From Methanobacteriota archaeon (GTDB lineage Archaea; Thermoplasmatota; Poseidoniia; Poseidoniales; Thalassarchaeaceae), in contig JAERST010000001.1 of NCBI GenBank assembly GCA_016845365.1, positions 79,666 to 143,665 of the forward strand: DNA of 64,000 nucleotides, read 5' to 3'. Of the stretch, positions 1 through 9,900 are shown in pieces. The position numbers and the translations under genes are program-made. Positions within the stretch are counted from its first letter, which is position 1. Each line of letters opens with the position of its first letter. A model generated the notes under the pieces. That model was given only the letters and a program-made list of their open reading frames with translations. It searched no databases and had not been told where the DNA came from.

Positions 1-9
1 CTCGTCGGC

Positions 10-1068
10 TTGGTTGGGGTGGGTAGCGCGGGATTCAAGCGGAATGGGCGTCCCGCGCTGAATGTGAAATTGCATTACGACTGGCGTTTGGCCCGCGTCG
101 TCGATGACGAGGGTGTCGTTCACGACGAGGTGGTTTGGACGGGCAAGCGCTCAGCTGGCGCGGTTGCTGACCGGTTGTGGGATTTGCAACGCGGGCGTTT
201 GAGCCCCGAGGCGAGGACGCTTGCTGAGCGATTTCCCGACGCGCAGGCCGATGCATTCGGAGCGATGTCCGATGCGGATTGGCCTGCGCTCGATGATGAA
301 GAATCAAAATTATTCGAGGCGGCTGCCCCACTGCTCGCAAAGCGAGGGGTTGCAGATGCGGCAGGTGATACCGACCGCCGCCTCGACATGCTCGTGTCCG
401 CCGCAGCAGAGTTGCGGGCGGCTTGGACGACGAGCGAGGCGCGTTGCGTAGAATGGACCGGACTATTCCTGTCCGAGGTCGATTTAGATGGGCAACGCGA
501 TGACATTCCTGCGGCGGTTGCTGGAGCCGATTCAATCGAGTCCGCCGCCACCGCTCTGGGTGTCAATCCGCCTGCACACTCGCCCTCGGAGGTCGAGTGG
601 CAGGCACTTTGCGACCACGCCACCGGCGTGGTCGAACTAACAGAGAGACTAGCTGCTCACGAGGACGCAATCCGCGACCTCGCCAACCAACACGTTCCGA
701 GCCTCGCAGCCCTCGTGGGCCCGCTCGGCGCCGCCCGACTAGTCACTCTCGCGGGCGGGCGGGAGCGCCTCGCCCGCATGCCATCCGGTTCACTGCAAGT
801 TCTCGGTGCGCACGCCGCAATGGCGGCGCACCGCCGTGGCGCAGCACCGCCGAAGCACGGAGCCATCCTGTTCAGCATGCCACAGATTTCCCGCTCCCCG
901 CGATGGGTCCGAGGAAAAATCGCTCGCTTCCTCGCGGGCAAGGCCTCCATCGCTGTTCGCTGCGACCATTTCGGCGGCGAGCCGTGGGGCGAGGAAAAGG
1001 TAGCAGAAATCCACAAGGAAACCGAGGCGATCAAGGCAAAATTCCCCAGACCTCCAAAGCGCAGGTGA
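10..1068 (+). CDS. nop5: Nop56/58 (Nop5) C/D-box sRNP core protein; N-terminus may lie upstream of the window
   Basis: Nop-domain signature LVGPLGAARLVTLAGGRERLARMPSGSLQVLGA...PKHGAILFSMPQI...RGKIARFLAGKASIAVRCD. Immediately followed by fibrillarin, the conserved archaeal nop5-flpA pair. Confidence 0.85.
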   Translation: MVGVGSAGFKRNGRPALNVKLHYDWRLARVVDDEGVVHDEVVWTGKRSAGAVADRLWDLQRGRLSPEARTLAERFPDAQADAFGAMSDADWPALDDEESKLFEAAAPLLAKRGVADAAGDTDRRLDMLVSAAAELRAAWTTSEARCVEWTGLFLSEVDLDGQRDDIPAAVAGADSIESAATALGVNPPAHSPSEVEWQALCDHATGVVELTERLAAHEDAIRDLANQHVPSLAALVGPLGAARLVTLAGGRERLARMPSGSLQVLGAHAAMAAHRRGAAPPKHGAILFSMPQISRSPRWVRGKIARFLAGKASIAVRCDHFGGEPWGEEKVAEIHKETEAIKAKFPRPPKRR

Positions 1069-1072
1069 GCGA

Positions 1073-1789
1073 ATGGCAAAGCCCACAAAACTCGCTTGGG
1101 GCATCCTCAGAGAGGGCCGAAACCTTTGGTCACGCAACGCCGTCAAAGGAGTCTCAGTTCGTGGCGAGCGGCGCAAAAAAGACGGGCGGAATGAGTGGCG
1201 CCGCTGGGACCCAACCCGCTCAAAAGTGGCTGCGAGCCTGCTCAAAACCAAGGGCTCAGCAGCGGCGCTATTGCCCGATTCGGGTTCGACCTGCCTCTAT
1301 CTTGGAGCATCCTCTGGTGGCACGGTCAGTCACATCCATGACAATGTCTGCGGGGCTGGAAACCATCACGGTGGGCAGGTCGTCGCCGTCGATATTTCTC
1401 CGAGGATGATGCGTGATTTGGTCAAACTTGCCGAGCGTCGCCCCGGCCTCGTTCCGGTGTTGGGCGACGCTCGAAATCCGCTCGCAATCGCTCCCTACTT
1501 ACGCGGCAAAGCCGATTGGTTGCATCAAGACCTCAGCATCGGCGACCAAGCCGAGACTTTCGTCCGAATGACTGGCGCCTTCCTCGCTGAAGGCGGAACC
1601 GCTCTCCTCTCACTCAAAGCCGCCAGCGAGCGCTGGATGGAAGGCGGCGATGACGCCAGATTCCAACACACCAAAGGCGTCATCGAAGAGTGCGAACACC
1701 TCGAACTCATCGAGGTCATCGATATCTCGGTATTCGAGGAACAACACGCTGTCTTCCACTGCATCAAAAAATCAAGCCATCTCGCCTGA
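1073..1789 (+). CDS. flpA: fibrillarin-like rRNA/tRNA 2'-O-methyltransferase
   Basis: 238 aa. SAM-MTase motif LYLGASSGGTVSHIHD and KLAERRPGLVPVLGDAR. GGTGA Shine-Dalgarno-like box 4 nt upstream of the ATG. Confidence 0.9.
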   Translation: MAKPTKLAWGILREGRNLWSRNAVKGVSVRGERRKKDGRNEWRRWDPTRSKVAASLLKTKGSAAALLPDSGSTCLYLGASSGGTVSHIHDNVCGAGNHHGGQVVAVDISPRMMRDLVKLAERRPGLVPVLGDARNPLAIAPYLRGKADWLHQDLSIGDQAETFVRMTGAFLAEGGTALLSLKAASERWMEGGDDARFQHTKGVIEECEHLELIEVIDISVFEEQHAVFHCIKKSSHLA

Positions 1790-2056
1790 ACTAATCAATA
1801 AGGCGAGCAAGCCGAAGTAGAGCACTAGAACGAGAAGCGCAATAATTCCCATAACGATACCAATCCAACCCACAACTTGCGCTGCTTTTGCCATTCCATG
1901 ATCGGGGTGACCAGGGTATTGACTAGTAGTCTCAATAGCAGTATTTGCCATCATCAAGCCAGGAATCGCTGTGCACAGTCCACATCCAAATGCGATGGAG
2001 AGGATTGAGAGAACTAGGGCGACCGTCGCTTGGGTTTCGGGGAATTGACCAACCAT
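1772..2056 (-). CDS. small membrane protein (DUF4190-like, two TM helices)
   Basis: 94 aa with two hydrophobic helices flanking YPGHPDHGMAKAAQ. Paralogous to the C-terminal half of 2195..2596. Confidence 0.5.
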   Translation of the reverse strand: MVGQFPETQATVALVLSILSIAFGCGLCTAIPGLMMANTAIETTSQYPGHPDHGMAKAAQVVGWIGIVMGIIALLVLVLYFGLLALLISSGEMA

Positions 2057-2194
2057 ACCTGGATTGCTAATCCCCTGAACATAGAGGACTTACTGCTGAT
2101 TCGCGGCCCCTGCCTGTCCCTTGTCGTCTGATTCCATCCTTAGCGAGGATTCTAACTTTGGATAATTAGATTCCTATTCTGAATTATGCGAAAA

Positions 2195-2596
2195 TCAGTA
2201 GGCATATGGGTCGGAAGCGAGAATTCCGATGAATACAACCATGAAGATTACAATCAGCGCTCCGATGATTAAACTGATGATATTGATGATGAAGGCTGCA
2301 TTCACCATTCCTTTGTCTGGATGACTTGGATTAGCAGCCATTATCTTGCGGTCACCAACCCCCAAAACCACTCCCGGAATTGAAAGACAGATATTGCAAC
2401 CTGGAAGAACCAAGAGCGAGAGAAGTGCCAAAATTCCGAGGACCAAACTTGCTATCGCATTGGTGGATTGCTGCATGCCCATCGCAACTTGTGGTCCGGC
2501 TTGATTGACGTAAATCGGTGCAGGTTCGCCGGAGAATGTTGCTGGTTCACCGGAGAGTTCCTTGTTTTCTGGTGGTGACTCTGTTGACTCGGTCAT
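2195..2596 (-). CDS. small membrane protein, paralog of 1772..2056 with a Pro/Glu-rich N-terminal tail
   Basis: ORF trimmed to the internal Met (ATG at 2596) because the longer form overlaps the fpg upstream region. Shares the motif NPSHPDKGMVNAA between two TM helices. Confidence 0.5.
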   Translation of the reverse strand: MTESTESPPENKELSGEPATFSGEPAPIYVNQAGPQVAMGMQQSTNAIASLVLGILALLSLLVLPGCNICLSIPGVVLGVGDRKIMAANPSHPDKGMVNAAFIINIISLIIGALIVIFMVVFIGILASDPYAY

Positions 2597-2745
2597 AGGT
2601 TTTGGTTGGAGGGGTCGACCTTGAATGCTTCTCCGGAATTGTGGTTGGATGGTTCTTCGGAATGCGGTTTGAATGCTTAAGCGAATTGTGGGAAATCGAT
2701 GGATATGCTCATCGCCCTGTGGAACTTGGTCTTGCCATGCCCGAG

Positions 2746-3585
2746 ATGCCGGAGGTTGAAACCGTGCGTCGTGGGCTCGTGCCACACTGGGTGGGCCGGC
2801 GGATTAGCTTCGTTGATTTACGCCGGCCCGACTTGCGTTTTCCTTTTCCCGATGGCTTCGAGGAGGGCTTGACCGGGGCTCGCGTGGAAGGCATCGGGCG
2901 AGCCTCGAAGTATCTGTTGATTCGGCTCGATAATGGCTTGACTTGGTTGAGTCATTTGGGGATGACTGGGGTTTGGACTATCGATGCTGCTGGGGATGGT
3001 AAACACGACCATGTCTATGTTGAGTTCGACGATGGTGCGCTGACTGCGACCTATACTGACCATCGTCGATTTGGGATTATGGATTTGTTCGAGACGGCGA
3101 GCGAGTTTGAACACAAATTGCTCGCTGGATTGGCCCCGGAACCGCTTACCGATGAGTTCACGCCCGAGTCACTGAAGGCAGGATTACACGGGCGGCGCAG
3201 CCCGATCAAGACCGTGCTGCTCGACCAGCGCGTGGTCGCTGGGCTCGGCAATATTTACGTCAGCGAAATCCTCCACCGCGCTGGTATTTCACCGCTCAAA
3301 TCCGCGGCGGAAGTGTCGGGGAAGAGTGGGCGTATCGTGGGCGCAGTACAGCGAATGTTCGAGCAAACGAACGAGGTGATTTTCGAGGCGATCGAGGCTG
3401 GCGGTTCGACGATTTCTGATTTCCGCGGAGTCGATGGCTCGGGTGATTTGGGCTACTTTCCGCACCAATTTACCGTATTCAATCGTGAGGGCGAAGGATG
3501 CAAACGCGAGGGTTGTGGAGGGACTGTTCGACGGATTGTTCAGTCTGGGCGTTCCACCTTTTACTGCCCTCGTTGCCAGCGCTGA
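2746..3585 (+). CDS. mutM: formamidopyrimidine/8-oxoguanine DNA glycosylase (Fpg/Nei family)
   Basis: Start placed at MPEVETVRRGL (catalytic Pro2/Glu3 of Fpg/Nei). C-terminal zinc finger CKREGCGGTVRRIVQSGRSTFYCPRCQ. Confidence 0.85.
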   Translation: MPEVETVRRGLVPHWVGRRISFVDLRRPDLRFPFPDGFEEGLTGARVEGIGRASKYLLIRLDNGLTWLSHLGMTGVWTIDAAGDGKHDHVYVEFDDGALTATYTDHRRFGIMDLFETASEFEHKLLAGLAPEPLTDEFTPESLKAGLHGRRSPIKTVLLDQRVVAGLGNIYVSEILHRAGISPLKSAAEVSGKSGRIVGAVQRMFEQTNEVIFEAIEAGGSTISDFRGVDGSGDLGYFPHQFTVFNREGEGCKREGCGGTVRRIVQSGRSTFYCPRCQR

Positions 3586-3599
3586 GTCGAAGCATTGGC

Positions 3600-4370
3600 T
3601 CAGGATAGAAGGCGTCCGACGACAGGGAGTTGCAACCTTACCGGAGTCATTCTGACGAGTAGCGGAAGACCCTTGTTCATCCAACCCGGAATGACCTCGC
3701 GCCGACCCCTCCGCATGGCTTTGACCGCTGCCTTTGCGACACTGCTAGCAGGAACTGCTCCGGCCATCTCGAGTTTGCCGAATTCGATACCGGCGACCTC
3801 TTGGAAGCCGGTGGCGACAAAGCCCGGGCATAGTGCGGTTACACTGACCTTTGAGCGCTTCAACTCGGCATGCAAAGCACGCGTGTACGAGAGAACGTAC
3901 GCCTTGGTTGCGCAATAAACTGCCATATTTGGGCCGGGCTGGTATCCTGCTACGGATGCAACATTGAGGATTCGGCCCGAGCCGCGCGCCTTCATCACAG
4001 CACTGTAATGGCGCGCGAGGTGAGTGAGAGCACGGACATTGAGGTCGATCATATTCAATTGGCCGGCTTGGTCGAGATTTGCGTGTTGACCCATGAAGCC
4101 AAAGCCGGCATTATTGACGAGAATGTCGACCTCGTCAGACTCCTTGATGACATTCTCGACGCCGACCTCGTCGGTGAGGTCGGAGATAACCACTTTCACC
4201 TCGATTCCATGAGCGCTCGCGAGTTCCTCGGCGAGCGCTTCGAGCGGAGCTCGGCGGCGCGCAGTGATTACCAAATCACAGCCCTGCGCGCCCAAAACTC
4301 GCGCAATCTCACGACCAATTCCGCTCGACGCGCCGGTGACCAGCGCCCTCTCCCGCTGCTTCGATATCAT
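3600..4370 (-). CDS. short-chain dehydrogenase/reductase (SDR)
   Basis: TGASSGIGREIA cofactor motif, NNAG, catalytic YCATKAYV (Y..K). 256 aa. Confidence 0.85.
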   Translation of the reverse strand: MISKQRERALVTGASSGIGREIARVLGAQGCDLVITARRRAPLEALAEELASAHGIEVKVVISDLTDEVGVENVIKESDEVDILVNNAGFGFMGQHANLDQAGQLNMIDLNVRALTHLARHYSAVMKARGSGRILNVASVAGYQPGPNMAVYCATKAYVLSYTRALHAELKRSKVSVTALCPGFVATGFQEVAGIEFGKLEMAGAVPASSVAKAAVKAMRRGRREVIPGWMNKGLPLLVRMTPVRLQLPVVGRLLS

Positions 4371-4561
4371 GACATTGCCATGAGCACCGGGTAATTCAAT
4401 TGATTCTACGAGGGGAGGGGGTGGTCAGAGTGAATATGAAAGTGAAATCGAAGCGAAAAAAACTGGCTCAAAAAACAACTCTTCAAATACCCTGAGATGC
4501 ATGTAAGATATTACCGCCGAGCGAAAACCGCTGGCAGGGCATTCTGACTCCTCGAACACGG

Positions 4562-5245
4562 ATGAACGAATGCCCAGTTCCAGCCCGATTCCTTCTCGGT
4601 TTCGAACATCTGGGGCTGAAAAAAATGGGTACTGACACAATAGGAAACCAAAGCTGGACACTGACCGTGGTTCGCGACTACAAGTCGGCGAACGATAACG
4701 ACATCGCGGAAGCAAAGTTCGCCTACGGGCGAACCGCTTCCGAGCTGGAAGACGAGGACCGTTGCTCGGCTCTCCTTCCAACTGGACTAATGCATCTTCT
4801 CACTCGAGCCGAACTAACCCGCGAGGCTCTCGAATCTGGCTTCATCGCGGAAATGTCGGCTCGCCCTCAGCGCGGCGAGGAATGGGTTTGCTTCGAGCGA
4901 GCCGCGGTGTGCACCCACGAAATCCCCGGTCTCCACTTCGGTCCAACCGTGGCTTTCTACGCCCTTGAGGACGGCGAGGAGTTCTTCGAAATGGTCGAAT
5001 TAGGTATGGCCAGAGAAGACACAACCCTGCCACTGCGAGTCTGGTTACGCGTTAGCGAAATGGACGGCGGAACGCTGGCATGGGTAATCGACTCCGAGCT
5101 TCTGAAAGGCGATGAAATGCACCAAACCTCCCTCGATGTGTGGTTCGACTTGGAAGAATTCACCTCAATGAAAGGTAAGGAACCGTGGAAGCGAAAGTCG
5201 CTTTCTTTGCCCGGCCCTCCTTCTCAGCCCTACGAATTCCGCTGA
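4562..5245 (+). CDS. hypothetical protein (alternative start ATG 4625, MGTDTIG)
   Basis: Long ORF in an otherwise empty interval; no motif recognised. Confidence 0.4.
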   Translation: MNECPVPARFLLGFEHLGLKKMGTDTIGNQSWTLTVVRDYKSANDNDIAEAKFAYGRTASELEDEDRCSALLPTGLMHLLTRAELTREALESGFIAEMSARPQRGEEWVCFERAAVCTHEIPGLHFGPTVAFYALEDGEEFFEMVELGMAREDTTLPLRVWLRVSEMDGGTLAWVIDSELLKGDEMHQTSLDVWFDLEEFTSMKGKEPWKRKSLSLPGPPSQPYEFR

Positions 5246-5290
5246 GCGCGCGCGAGAATGTTCATGGGCGTCCGGTTTTGGGCAGGATGT

Positions 5291-5926
5291 ATGTCTGAGC
5301 ATACTTTGCAACACAAGCTGATAGCCGAATTCATCGGGACCTTCTTTCTGGCGCTGACGATTTGTACCGCTGCCGTTCACGGTTCTGCGGGTGACTACGC
5401 TCCCTTCGCCATCGCCGCCACCCTCATGGTGATGATCTACGGACTTGGGCACGTCTCCGGGGCACACTTCAACCCAGCAGTTACTGTTGCAATTTGGTTG
5501 CGCGGCGCGTGTGAGAAGGATGAGGTCGCGCCGTACATCGCGGCACAGGTAATCGCTGGTGCTGCCGCGGCTCTGGTGTCTGCGAACGTTCTGTTCACAG
5601 AGGCTGATGTATCTGCTCTTGAGATGGAACTGGTTCCTGCAGTTGGGGCTGAATTCCTCTACACTTTCGCGCTCGTCTTCGTGATTCTGAATGTGGCGAC
5701 GAGCGAGGCGACCGCCGGCAATGGATACTACGGTGCGGCGATCGCTTTCGTGGTTCTTGCTGGTGCTCTGACCGTCGGTGGAATTTCTGGTGGTTCGTTC
5801 AACCCTGCTGTGACCGGTGCGCTGTTCACCAGCGGAGTCATCGAGGCTGCTGACCTGTGGATGCATCTAGTCCCACAATTCGTGGCTGGTGTCCTCGCTG
5901 TGTACGCCTTCCGTGCAACTCAGTGA
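5291..5926 (+). CDS. MIP-family channel (aquaporin/glycerol facilitator)
   Basis: Two NPA boxes (GAHFNPAVT and GGSFNPAVT) and six hydrophobic segments. Start placed at MSEHTLQHKLIAEFIGTFF. Confidence 0.85.
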   Translation: MSEHTLQHKLIAEFIGTFFLALTICTAAVHGSAGDYAPFAIAATLMVMIYGLGHVSGAHFNPAVTVAIWLRGACEKDEVAPYIAAQVIAGAAAALVSANVLFTEADVSALEMELVPAVGAEFLYTFALVFVILNVATSEATAGNGYYGAAIAFVVLAGALTVGGISGGSFNPAVTGALFTSGVIEAADLWMHLVPQFVAGVLAVYAFRATQ

Positions 5927-5935
5927 GTGTTTTTC

Positions 5936-6104
5936 CTCTCGCAGAGCACGCCGCGAGCGCAGCCACTGAGCACACGAGGCACACGGTCAGAATGTGCGCA
6001 CTGGCCGCTGGGCGACCACTGAACCCTTCACTTCGTGACGATTGAACAAGCCTCTTTCTGATACATCAAGCGACAGAAATGCCGCTTCAGTCATCGTTTT
6101 TCAC
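5936..6104 (+). repeat. intergenic repeat, family 1 copy A (GCACACGG-type module)
   Basis: ctctcgcagagcacg...gagcacacgaggcacacgg...cttcacttcgtgacgattgaa...gatacatcaagcgacagaaatgccgc aligns by eye with 6703..6880 and, in reverse, with 24638..24792. Confidence 0.7.
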
Positions 6105-6138
6105 CACGTAGAATAGTGGCGTTTTCACAACCATTATA

Positions 6139-6150
6139 CCCCCCCCCCCC
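6139..6150 (+). repeat. homopolymeric C12 tract 15 nt upstream of the 6166 ATG
   Basis: Twelve consecutive C directly read at 6139-6150. Confidence 0.95.
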
Positions 6151-6165
6151 TTCGGAAAGCCTGAG

Positions 6166-6579
6166 ATGCCGATGAAAAATGGAATTGTGTTTCTAATGCT
6201 TATGTGCGCGATGTTAAGTGGTTGTACGGGAGAAGAAGGCCCCTCAGCATACGCTGATGAAATTCATGTGTTTGTGGACGGGACCCTGAGCGATGAAACC
6301 ATATGTTCTGGTGCAGTTGTCATCAAGTCAGAATCGTATTATTCCTGCAGCTTTACATTGAATGAAGATGCATGGATCGGTATTGAACTTGTACTTGCAG
6401 ACGGAAGCCCACTTGTTGATTTAATCACCTTCGATGATTTGAACTATCAAGCGTGGTTAGATGACGACGAGTATTACTACATGGTTGATGTTACAGATTT
6501 CGAAACGAGTGGTGGGACTTATTCGTCCGAAGGTAATTTGGATGCTGGCGAATGGGTTGTAATCGTGTACAACCCTTGA
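6166..6579 (+). CDS. small secreted lipoprotein-like protein
   Basis: Signal peptide with lipobox MLSGC. Acidic, Tyr-rich 137-aa product. A+T-rich gene. Confidence 0.5.
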   Translation: MPMKNGIVFLMLMCAMLSGCTGEEGPSAYADEIHVFVDGTLSDETICSGAVVIKSESYYSCSFTLNEDAWIGIELVLADGSPLVDLITFDDLNYQAWLDDDEYYYMVDVTDFETSGGTYSSEGNLDAGEWVVIVYNP

Positions 6580-6583
6580 AATG

Positions 6584-6978
6584 ATGCCCGAGTCATCCAT
6601 TTTCAATCAGAGCGAGATTGAATGAAATCGGCGGCTCTGCCGCCCTCTTGTAGCGATGTCGCGGCCTCGGTCGGTCGGCTGCGAGCCTCCCACCGAATAC
6701 ATCTCTCGCTGAGCACGCTGCCCGCCCACCACCGAACATGCCTCACACGGAGCACACGGGGCACACGGTTAGACAGTGCGCACTGACCGCCTGGCGACCA
6801 TTTTTCCCTTCACTTCGTGACCATTGAATCGGTCTCTTATGGATACATCAAGCGATAGAAATGCCGCCCGAGTCTTTCACTATCAATCCAAGCGAGGGCG
6901 AGTTCAATCGGCGACGAAGTCGCCCTCTTTGAGCGCTGTCGGCGCCGAGTGGCGCCGACGGATGAAAGACTCGGGCGG
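6584..6978 (+). repeat. repeat-dense intergenic region: partial family-2 module, family-1 copy B (6703..6880), complete family-2 module (6864..6978)
   Basis: Family-1 alignment to 5936..6104. Three tandem 9-mers (a/g)GCACACGG at 6743-6768. Perfect 16-bp inverted repeat ccgcccgagtctttca (6864-6879) / tgaaagactcgggcgg (6963-6978) enclosing hairpins ggcgac-gaa-gtcgcc and gtcggcgcc-gagt-ggcgccgac. Confidence 0.7.
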
Positions 6979-9900
6979 TTACATGTTTCTTCTGAATTTG
7001 CCACCGGTTTCGAATAGTGCTTGAGTCACTTGCCCAACCGAGCAATATTCGACGATATCCATCATTACTTCGAACAGATTTCCACCATCTCTTGCGACCT
7101 GCTTGAGCCGAGCAAGCCCTTCCTCAGCCTTTGCCGCGTGCTCGGCTCGGAATGCCTCATTGCGCTCGATGACCATCATTCGTTCAGCTTCATCCGAGCG
7201 CGTAACATCAACATCGAAAGCATCGGCTTCATCAGCCGATAGGCTCGCAGCATCCGGATTGATGAAGGTGTTAACACCGACGATCGGCAACTCCCCAGAG
7301 TGCTTTCGATGCTCGTAAACCATCGATTCATCCTGAATGCGGTTGCGTTGGTAATTCACTTCCAATGAGCCTAGCACACCGCCGCGTCGATGCATCTCCT
7401 CGAAGATGCGCAGAATTTCCTCCTCGACTTGGTCGGTCAACCAAGTCGAGAGATGCGAGCCTTGCATCGGATTCTCATTGGCGAGCAATCCGTATTCCTT
7501 TGAGAGAATCATCTGGATCGCCATCGAATCGCGCACCGTCTCCTCGGTAGGAGTCCCAAACGCCTCATCGCGCGAATTCGTATGCAATGAGTTGGCATTG
7601 TCAGCCAGCGCGTAGAGAGCCTGTAAAGTCGTCCTGTAATCGTTGAAAGTGAACTCCTGAGCGTGCAGACTTCGCCCACTCGATTGAATGTGATATTTCA
7701 GCTGTTGACCGCGATGCCCAACCCCGTAGATATCCCGCATCGCGATCGCCCAAATCCTGCGCGCGACACGACCAATCACAGCGTATTCAGGGTCCATTCC
7801 ATTGGAGAAAAACCAACTGAAATTGCGCAGGAATTTGTCAGGGTCGAGCCCACGGGCTCGGAACAATTCGACATAAGTCAGGCCGTTGCTCAGCGTCAGC
7901 GCAGCCTGCGTAATCGGGTTCGCACCGGCCTCTGCAATATGGTAGCCCGAGATCGAGACGAAGTAGTGGTTGCGGACGTTGTTTTGGACGTAGAATTCAG
8001 CGACATCACCCATCATTCTGAGGGCCGTGTCGAGGTTGAAAACCAGTGTGTTTTGCCCCATCGATTCCTTGAGTTGGTCTGCCTGAACCGTACCGCGTAC
8101 CGTGCTCAACGCCGTCGCCTTCAACTCCGCCTTCTCCGCATCGTTCGGGGGCCGTCCGTTCTGCTGCTCAAATTGTCGAATCTGCTGGCGGATTGCGACG
8201 TTGAAGAATGCCGCCAGGTGCCACCAATAATTTCCATTGATGGTTTTCGAGGTGGACGTGTTCGGGGCGCACAAGTCGAACCCTTCGAAGAGCAGGTCCA
8301 TCTCGTCTACCGTGCTAATCGATACGCCGGATTCGCAGACTTTTCCGAAGATATCGAGTCGGGTTTGGGGGTCTCTACCGTAGAGGGATGGTGAATCGAA
8401 GGCCGTGCTGAGTCGGTTGAATGGCTGGCCTTCGGAGAGGAAGTGAAATCGCTTGTTGGTGCGCTCGGCGCTGCCTTCTCCAGCGAACATTCTGATTGGG
8501 ATTTCATCCTCGCGCTTGAAGGGGAAGACTCCTGCCGTGAAGGGGAATGCGCCGGGGACATTTTCGGCGCGAATCCACGCCATTTTCTCTCCCCAGTCTT
8601 GGGTGTCGGGGAGTGCCACTCTGGGCATGTCGAGGCCGCTGAGCGTCTCGGTTGTGGTTTCTACCGGGATGTCCTTGCCTCGAACCGTGTAGGATGCCTG
8701 TCCTGAGCGGTAGGCTGCTGCGCGCTCGTCGAACTCTTTGAGCATCTCCCAGGCACTTGCCGGGACTCGCTTGCGGACTTCTTCGGCTTCTGCTGTGAGG
8801 TCTGCTGCCGAGGTGAGTCGGTTGGACTTGCGCATTTGCTGGGCTGCGGCTTCGAGTTGCTGGACGAGGCGCACGTTGCGGGATGCTTCTTGCGTGCGCG
8901 CGTGGTAATCTCTTACTGACGCTGCAACTTCTGCGAGGTAGCCTTGGCGCTCGGGCGGGATGGGTGCCGAGCGGTGTGGGAGACCGTCGGGGCCGAGTCG
9001 TGCTTCTGCTGCTTCGAATGCTTGGCCGTGTTGTTCGTTTAGCTGGGTTGCGAGCTTTTGCCAGAGTTGGTCGACTCCGGCGTCTGCGAATTGGCTCGCT
9101 ATCGTCGGGATGACTGGCAGGTCCTCGTTCTTGGCGTCCCACATCTCGCGGTTGCGCTTGAATTGCTTGCGGATTTCTGTGAGTGCGTCCTCGGCTCCGG
9201 GGCGGTCGAATTTGTTGAGGACGACGATGTCTGCGAAGTCGAGGGCGGCTAACTTCTCGAGTTGGCTTGGTGCTCCGTATTCCCTTGTCGTGACGTACAT
9301 CGATAGGTCGGCTACCTCGGTTATCGCGTCGTTGCCTTGGCCTATTCCGCTGGTTTCTACGAGGATGAGGTCGAAGCCTACCGCTTGGCAGGCTTCGATT
9401 GCGCGGTCGATGCAATCGGCTATCTCTCGACCGCTTGCTCGGCTTGCGAATGAGCGCATGAATAGGTTATCGTCGGCGAGGCTATTCATGCGGATTCTGT
9501 CGCCGAGCAGGGCCCCACCGGTTCGCTTTCTGGTTGGGTCAGTGGCGAGCAGTGCTACCTTTGCTCCTGGATTGTCGCGCTGGATTCTGAGCATTAGCTC
9601 GTCAGTGAGGCTGGATTTTCCTGCGCCTCCGGTGCCGGTTAGGCCGACGACTGGGCTGGCTTTGCTTTGCTCGACTGAGCGCACTCGCTTGAGGACGGTT
9701 CGGAAATGCTCGTCGTCGGCATTTTCGGCAAGGGTCAGCAACTTTGCAACCGCTCCGTGTTGGTCGGCTGAAACTGGTCCTGAAAGTGAATTGAAGCGAG
9801 CGGAGGCGAGCAGGTCTGTTCCGCTCGCTTCGGCGATGGCATCGCCAACCATCCCGGTCAAGCCCATCTCTCGCCCGTCATCGGGCGAGTAGATTCGGGC

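Noticed and set aside
5165-5866. 233-aa minus-strand ORF
   Set aside because: It is antisense to the aquaporin gene with two NPA boxes, and its product is Arg/Ser-rich nonsense-like sequence.
7663-9892. Long plus-strand ORFs (7663..8394, 8960..9892) and an out-of-frame minus ORF (8504..9415), all inside icmF
   Set aside because: They lie entirely within a well-supported 1101-aa gene. The products are Arg/Ser/Pro-rich low-complexity sequence typical of shadow frames in GC-rich coding DNA.
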